The notes under the pieces are model-generated. The model saw only the letters and a list, made by a program, of their open reading frames with translations. It had not been told where the DNA came from and made no database searches. From a virus, in the UHGV virus genome UHGV-0177491: a stretch of 40,781 bases of DNA, one strand, 5' to 3'. Positions within the stretch are counted from its first letter, which is position 1, and every line of letters starts with the position of its first letter. Positions 35,762-40,781 of this stretch are shown here, piece by piece. A program made the translations under genes and the position numbers.

Positions 35762-38668
35762 TTAATACTCCGTCACGTTTTCCTGTCGCCACGCCTCGTC
35801 ATATTCCGATTTCGGCATATTGGCGATGTAGCTATATGGCGATCCTGATTCAAGTTGCAGGAACTGGTGCGATTGCTCGTCAAGGAACAACGAGACACCA
35901 CCTTCCCAACCTTCGCCGTTACGTTGTTTTTCAAGCATCAAAACAGATGCCGGAGATGCCAGTAGCTGTTCGTCCTTCTCTGTCATCTTTTCACCACTCT
36001 GAACTCTCTGTAACGCTCTCTCGCGAGCCTTGTTACGCCAGATGATGAAAAGGTTGTCTGTCAGGTCTGTTATCGCGCCAGAGCCTTTTACGTCCATTTT
36101 CCCGGTTGGTTTTTCTTCGCTGTCTCCTTTTCGCGAGTGAGTAACGAGAATGACGTGGGAGTTTGTTTTGTTTTTGAAGTCGCAAATCGAGTCAACAAAC
36201 GCCTTCTGCCCGTTATAGTCATCGTCACCTATGCCGCATTTCATCAGGCTGTCGATGATGAATAACTGGATGCCGTATCGGCGGCGAGCGTAGTCGAATA
36301 TTTCGATCAGCCTGTCGGCTTTCGCCGTTCCGGTCAGGCCAAACACCCAAAGTCTTTCGTCATAAAATTTAAATGCAGAGTCAATTTCCAGCACTGGCGG
36401 CATCTTGCAGCACGTCGCCTGACGGGTAAGGCGCTTAAGGAGAATACCAGGCTTCAGCTCAAGTGACGCGATGCACGTCTTCACACCCTGACGCATTGCC
36501 TCAAGTGCCATATGCCCGACAACCTCGGTGTTATGCGTCGCCACATATCCCCTGGTTACATACAGGTGGCGAGGGTGATCGACCATAATACACAAGCATT
36601 CTGCATTGCCTATTTTTTCAACATTCCTGACGAATACCCCACAGCCCTCGAATCGATGCGCAGTTAATCTGCCATTGAGTCGTGGTGAACGGATGGCATC
36701 CCTGATTTCTCTTGTCAGTCTGATTCTTGCCTCGTATGAATCCATCCCATGCCGCTTATCGCCCTTGTATGTGTATGTCACGCCAGTTTTAACTCGCGTC
36801 CGGCATGACCCGCCGAGTGAGTTAACCAGTTGAACAACCCCATTGAGCAGTTCTTCACTTGCTGAGGAAAAAACAAGCGTTCCATCCTTCTCGACATACC
36901 CATCCGTTTCAAGCAGACCACACAGCATGCCTATACGCGTTGATTTATTTGCAGAAAAAAACACACGAGGGATGAATTTGTTTTTTGCTGTGCACCCCAT
37001 TAGTCCATAACCTCGCAGGGTCTCCATGAGTGGATTTACCTGACCACGCGCCGTTGATATCAGCCAGTCCTTACCATCTCCAGAGAAGTTGTAATCAGGC
37101 AGTTCAGCCTTCATACGCTCGATCATGTATGGCTCGACGTTTGAAAACTTCACGCTCCCATTGCTAAGACTACCATCCCCGAGAAGGGAGCCGATAACCC
37201 ATGCTAATGGCTCTGAGTGGTCGCCAAAGTCACCAGTTATTTCAGGAATCCTAACGCCATTTTTGTGCCTCTTCGTTTCACTCAACCGTTTCAGCTCGAA
37301 GGTGTCTATCACGCGGCGCTTCTCGCCTTTCGTGAATCCACGACTAGTGACCTCCCATAGGTGATCGCCTGCGCAATCAACATAACGACCATCTTCAAAT
37401 GTGACTCGGTAAACATCTCTAACACCCTGCGGGAATATCCCGGTGACAGTTGACGGATTGCCGTCAACTGACGCCACCTGATCGCCAATTTTTACATCCC
37501 CGTGAGTAGTCCATTCACCATTAGCGAGCAGAATTGGTTCATCAAGTGGACAGGCTTTTCCGTGACCGTTCACACCATTGACCAGCGTCAACTCGGCCTC
37601 ACGGAACTGGAATTTATCTGCCAGAGATTCCCACGGTGGATTAAACAGATACTGCTGCTTGCCGTAGAAAGCGTTGATAGTGTCCTGGTAAAACTCTCGC
37701 GCGCTGTAGAGTTCTTCAGGATCGAAGTAGGATGCCGTGCCGATGTACTGCCAGATTTCATCCTCGGTAACACCGTTCATCAGGCATTCGTTGATGTCTT
37801 TGTACGGCAGAGTAACAAGACGGCAACGATGTTCACCGAGTCGGCTTGCGATTTCCCTTGCGGCTTCACGACCAACATCATCAACGTCCATCGAGATGAA
37901 TATTTCCTCAAACCTGTCGAGGTTGTGATACTCAAACTCAATCCACTGTTGCTTAGCGCCTTTCCCGCCACCAAACGGCACGGATAACGCCGAGATGCCG
38001 TATTGCGCATAGCTCATACAATCAATTTCGCCTTCGCAAAGTACAACCGCCCTCACGCCAGCGTCCAGAGCCTGCCATCCGAACAGACAAGGTTCGCAAT
38101 CACCTTCTGCCATAATGACTTTCTTCCCGTCCGGGCGCTCAGTGCTGATTCGCTTGACCTGCAACAACTCACCATCGCGTTTGTACGGAAGCACCAGTGC
38201 ATCAAGTTCTCGTTCTCCATCCCACACCTTGCCGCTGACAACCTCGTAGCGCTTTACGACTTCTGGCGATATGCCACGCGATTGCAGGTACTCAAGATGG
38301 GATTCTGTTCTGGTAACGTAGCGGGCGATTTTCTTGCGGTCAGGTCTGGAGAATTTCTTCTCACGTTTGGCATCGAAATGGTGATCGTCATCCTTGATTC
38401 CGAGAAATGCTTTCGCTTCCTGCATAGCCTGATGCAGGTTAATTCCACGACATGCCATCCACAAATCAAGCATGTCACCGCCGTCTCCCTCAGCGAAATC
38501 AGCCCATTTTTTCTTGCCGCTAAGGTTGACCTTAAGGCTGTTTCCCTTGTCACCGTTGACGTTACCGGCAACCCACTCATGCCCCTCTTTCTTGCCGTTT
38601 GGCAACAGGTGCGGAGCCACCCTGTCAACCTGCGCCCAAAGCAGGTCGCTGAGTTCACTTGGCCTCAT
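35762..38668 (-). CDS. Primase-helicase (Toprim primase domain plus DnaB/SF4-like helicase domain) carrying an intein
   Basis: Toprim motif VVLCEGEIDCMSY; helicase motifs GVNGHGK (Walker A), LFIIDSL, VTHSRK, KGSGAITDLTDNLFIIWR. A 341-aa insertion interrupts the Walker A. Confidence 0.85.
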   Translation of the reverse strand: MRPSELSDLLWAQVDRVAPHLLPNGKKEGHEWVAGNVNGDKGNSLKVNLSGKKKWADFAEGDGGDMLDLWMACRGINLHQAMQEAKAFLGIKDDDHHFDAKREKKFSRPDRKKIARYVTRTESHLEYLQSRGISPEVVKRYEVVSGKVWDGERELDALVLPYKRDGELLQVKRISTERPDGKKVIMAEGDCEPCLFGWQALDAGVRAVVLCEGEIDCMSYAQYGISALSVPFGGGKGAKQQWIEFEYHNLDRFEEIFISMDVDDVGREAAREIASRLGEHRCRLVTLPYKDINECLMNGVTEDEIWQYIGTASYFDPEELYSAREFYQDTINAFYGKQQYLFNPPWESLADKFQFREAELTLVNGVNGHGKACPLDEPILLANGEWTTHGDVKIGDQVASVDGNPSTVTGIFPQGVRDVYRVTFEDGRYVDCAGDHLWEVTSRGFTKGEKRRVIDTFELKRLSETKRHKNGVRIPEITGDFGDHSEPLAWVIGSLLGDGSLSNGSVKFSNVEPYMIERMKAELPDYNFSGDGKDWLISTARGQVNPLMETLRGYGLMGCTAKNKFIPRVFFSANKSTRIGMLCGLLETDGYVEKDGTLVFSSASEELLNGVVQLVNSLGGSCRTRVKTGVTYTYKGDKRHGMDSYEARIRLTREIRDAIRSPRLNGRLTAHRFEGCGVFVRNVEKIGNAECLCIMVDHPRHLYVTRGYVATHNTEVVGHMALEAMRQGVKTCIASLELKPGILLKRLTRQATCCKMPPVLEIDSAFKFYDERLWVFGLTGTAKADRLIEIFDYARRRYGIQLFIIDSLMKCGIGDDDYNGQKAFVDSICDFKNKTNSHVILVTHSRKGDSEEKPTGKMDVKGSGAITDLTDNLFIIWRNKARERALQRVQSGEKMTEKDEQLLASPASVLMLEKQRNGEGWEGGVSLFLDEQSHQFLQLESGSPYSYIANMPKSEYDEAWRQENVTEY
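36530..37552 (-). mobile_element. Intein with LAGLIDADG homing-endonuclease domain inserted in the helicase P-loop
   Basis: Insertion begins with Cys after GVNGHGKA, contains LAWVIGSLLGDGS and RIGMLCGLLETDGYV (two LAGLIDADG-type motifs), ends VATHN followed by Thr. Residues about 373-713 of the host protein. Confidence 0.7.
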
Positions 38669-38775
38669 GATTCCCTCAGATTGAGATTTTTAAACCAGAA
38701 ATCGACAAACGAAATACTTAACCAGCCGTGGTTATAACCAGCGACCAGTAGCGATTTGATTTTTGATTTCATGGT

Positions 38776-39546
38776 TCACCTGTCGAAAAACACGTAGCCA
38801 GTTTTCGATACGGTGATTGCGGATGATGGTTTGGATTGTGGTTGAATAGTTTCTGGCTTCTCGTCGTTCCAGCGTTGACCGTTCAGGTAGCTCGATGGTA
38901 ACAACCTGTCGAATCCGAACTGCTTACCACTCCTGCATGCGATGTCTTCTGCCAGCATCGTGGCAAACTCGCTTGCCGTACCCCTTGTAGTTTTACGCCA
39001 TTCCCTGAACTGTGTTCTGAATGCTGAAGCTGCGTTTTTCTTCCCGGCTTTCCGCATGCCTGCACACCAGAATATTTCCTCGAATGCCTTGTCGGTTTCT
39101 TCGTGACGGTCAGGAGTTTTTTCACACTCTGTTCGGACATGTTCGAACATAATGTTTTTAGGTTCATTGACTGGTTCAAAAGAGTGACTGGTTCTGGGTG
39201 CAGCTCCTGCACCACCCCCTAGTGAATCTCCTGCACCAGGGTGGTGAATCTCCTGCACTACCCCTAGTGAATCTCCTGCACCCCCAAGCCGAAGAATATA
39301 GATATTACTTGAGTTGCCTTTTTCACCTTTTCGGGTGACTTTTTTTAGCAAGCCAGCCTCACAAAGAGCCTCAATATGGTTAATCACGGAGCGTTTGCTA
39401 ATCTCGCACTGGTCAGCGATATGCTGATATGAAGGCCAGCATTCGCCATTGTCATTGGCGTTATCGGCAAGTTTAAGCAGAACCAGTTTTCTGAGCGGGT
39501 TTCCAACTTTGGCTCCCATTGCCTTCACCATCAGAATCATACTCAT
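38776..39546 (-). CDS. Iteron-binding replication initiator (lambda O-like)
   Basis: N-terminal wHTH-like region (KLVLLKLADNANDNGECWPSYQHIADQCEISKRSV); iteron repeats lie inside the coding sequence; position after cro and the cII remnant. Confidence 0.75.
   Translation of the reverse strand: MSMILMVKAMGAKVGNPLRKLVLLKLADNANDNGECWPSYQHIADQCEISKRSVINHIEALCEAGLLKKVTRKGEKGNSSNIYILRLGGAGDSLGVVQEIHHPGAGDSLGGGAGAAPRTSHSFEPVNEPKNIMFEHVRTECEKTPDRHEETDKAFEEIFWCAGMRKAGKKNAASAFRTQFREWRKTTRGTASEFATMLAEDIACRSGKQFGFDRLLPSSYLNGQRWNDEKPETIQPQSKPSSAITVSKTGYVFFDR
39204..39290. repeat. Intragenic iterons (about four degenerate 22-bp repeats) forming the replication origin
   Basis: Units CTCCTGCACC...GTGAATC repeated with variation inside the initiator gene; related to the perfect repeats at the window ends. 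Confidence 0.7.
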
Positions 39547-39580
39547 TTTTTCACCTCCAATTGGTTGTGTTTGTTAATGC

Positions 39581-39835
39581 TTATTTAAGCATCAGGCGAG
39601 CAAACTTCGGCTGGTTACTTCCTGGCTCCAAATTCAAAACCCCAGTCTTTTCCAGTGCTAAAATGTGACCAATTACTGTCGATCTGCTAATATCGCACTG
39701 ATAAGCGAGATCTTGATATGAAAACCAGCATTCGCCATTGTCATTGGCGTTATCGGCAAGTTTAAGCAGAATCAGTTTTCTTCGCGGGTTCCCAACCTTA
39801 GTTCTCATTGCTTTCTCAATCAGAATCATACTCAT
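39581..39835 (-). CDS. Paralog of the initiator N-terminal domain (84 aa)
   Basis: MSMILIEKAMRTKVGNPRRKLILLKLADNANDNGECWFSYQDLAYQCDISRSTV is about 70 percent identical to the first about 60 aa of the downstream initiator. Confidence 0.55.
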   Translation of the reverse strand: MSMILIEKAMRTKVGNPRRKLILLKLADNANDNGECWFSYQDLAYQCDISRSTVIGHILALEKTGVLNLEPGSNQPKFARLMLK

Positions 39836-39862
39836 TGTGTCTTCTCCTGTAATTTGTGCTTT

Positions 39863-39988
39863 CTATTCATGACAGCCAATCATCTTTGCCAGACCGCGCT
39901 GGGTAAGCGTTGACAGGTTGATGAGTAAATCAGTTTCTGCGCGATCAATTTCTCGCTGTGTTGGCTTGCTGTAACTTGCTTGTGTCAT
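39863..39988 (-). pseudogene. Truncated cII-like ORF (41 codons)
   Basis: MTQASYSKPTQREIDRAETDLLINLSTLTQRGLAKMIGCHE resembles the N-terminal part of lambda CII in pattern and position but stops before a complete HTH. Weak call. Confidence 0.3.
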
Positions 39989-40072
39989 TTGTTAATTCAC
40001 CAATAGTGAATAGTTAGTTGAAAGGTATGCGTGGAAACGCATATAGCCTTAGTTGGTCAGATATCTTGGAAC

Positions 40073-40117
40073 TCGCTTTTCAGCGACGTAGGACGAATGT
40101 CCGTTGTTACAAAGAGC
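40073..40117 (-). promoter_or_regulatory. nutR-like site (boxA plus boxB)
   Basis: Minus-strand GCTCTTTGTAACAA (boxA-like) and TCGCT-GAAAA-AGCGA hairpin (boxB-like, same loop as nutL) just downstream of the cro-like gene. Confidence 0.55.
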
Positions 40118-40128
40118 AGTCCCGCTTA

Positions 40129-40344
40129 TTAAGCGGCTTTGTGTTCCGGCGGGAACACGTCATCAAGACTTACATTTGCGCCTAACTTGTTCAGGTAAGC
40201 AACGAGAGCACGGCATGTTTTAAGATCTGGCATGCGACGACCACTTTCCCAATGACCGACAGCCGACTGTGTGCATCCAACTGCCTTAGCAAGTATTGTT
40301 TGACTGATGCTCACTGACTTTCGATATTTCTTAAGGTTGTTCAT
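40129..40344 (-). CDS. Cro-like HTH (XRE-family) regulator
   Basis: 71 aa with HTH QTILAKAVGCTQSAVGHWESG; first gene of the minus-strand early operon. Confidence 0.65.
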   Translation of the reverse strand: MNNLKKYRKSVSISQTILAKAVGCTQSAVGHWESGRRMPDLKTCRALVAYLNKLGANVSLDDVFPPEHKAA

Positions 40345-40373
40345 ATTTCCTTCCCAACATTGGTAACCACGCT

Positions 40374-40405
40374 ATTATAGTACATCTAGTGCGTTTTTAA
40401 TGCAA
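40374..40405 (-). promoter_or_regulatory. PR-like promoter for the cro-like gene
   Basis: Perfect TATAAT on the minus strand (plus 40374-40379) about 25 nt upstream of the start; the -35 is imperfect. Confidence 0.45.
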
Positions 40406-40576
40406 GCAAAAATACCACACTCCAAATCCTGGTGAACCAACCCCAAACCTCCTGAATCGCATTCTGACGCAATATTTACGCCCACACGTACATTTTAATG
40501 TCTGACAGTTGTTTATCTCTCTACAGCGCTTCCTATGGCGTTTAAACGCCATTGACGTAACTAATGGTTGCCGAGA

Positions 40577-40737
40577 CCGGCTTTCCGCATGCCTGCACAC
40601 CAGAATATTTCCTCGAATGCCTTGTCGGTTTCTTCGTGACGGTCAGGAGTTTTTTCACACTCTGTTCGGACATGTTCGAACATAATGTTTTTAGGTTCAT
40701 TGACTGGTTCAAAAGAGTGACTGGTTCTGGGTGCAGC
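40577..40737 (-). pseudogene. Duplicated internal fragment of the replication initiator gene
   Basis: About 160 bp near-identical to 39044-39203; both overlapping track ORFs (40542..40748, 40561..40770) reproduce initiator-gene translations. Confidence 0.7.
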
Positions 40738-40781
40738 TCCTGCACCACCCTGGTGAATCTCCTGCACCACCCTGGTGAATC
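40738..40781. repeat. Iteron array: two perfect 22-bp units continuing to the window end
   Basis: TCCTGCACCACCCTGGTGAATC twice, identical to units at 1-66; joined end to start the array would hold at least five perfect units. Confidence 0.85.

Noticed and set aside
38003-38737. 244-aa plus-strand ORF
   Set aside because: Lies entirely antisense within the primase-helicase gene, which has clear Toprim and DnaB-like motifs. Likely a spurious ORF.
40129-40344. The 71-aa HTH protein as the prophage repressor rather than Cro
   Set aside because: It is co-oriented with and is the first gene of the replication operon, followed by a nutR-like site, which is the Cro position. A repressor role cannot be fully excluded without experiment.
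40397-40600. 67-aa minus-strand ORF upstream of the cro-like gene
   Set aside because: Spans the promoter/operator region and the initiator-fragment joint; no ribosome-binding site and no recognisable product.

Overview
The window reads as an essentially complete ~40.8 kb genome of a P22-like lambdoid podophage of Enterobacteriaceae. The minus strand carries the early-right and late genes in canonical order: cro-like regulator, nutR, truncated cII, iteron-type replication initiator, primase-helicase (with an intein), nin region (NinB, NinC, NinE, RusA, NinH), Q-like antiterminator, lysis cassette (pinholin-like holin, SAR endolysin, Rz/Rz1), Rha, small and large terminase, portal, scaffold, coat, gp4/gp10/gp26 tail proteins, three ejection proteins, an immI remnant (arc) and a P22-type tailspike. 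The plus strand carries the early-left operon (PL, nutL, N-like antiterminator, cIII, Rad52-like annealing protein, SSB and many small genes) plus an HNH endonuclease and a KilA-N/lipoprotein accessory cassette. Both window ends are the same perfect 22-bp iteron array, so the sequence is probably circular or circularly permuted. The most unusual feature is the immunity region: no CI-type repressor, integrase or att site is detectable, cII is truncated, and the PL-PR interval is occupied by a partial copy of the replication origin. Other notable features are a LAGLIDADG intein in the helicase P-loop, an expanded family of antirepressor-like paralogs forming a long inverted repeat, and a chimeric tailspike. 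All calls rest on by-eye translation and recalled protein families; no searches were run. Coordinates for features absent from the ORF track were derived by hand and may be off by a few nucleotides.
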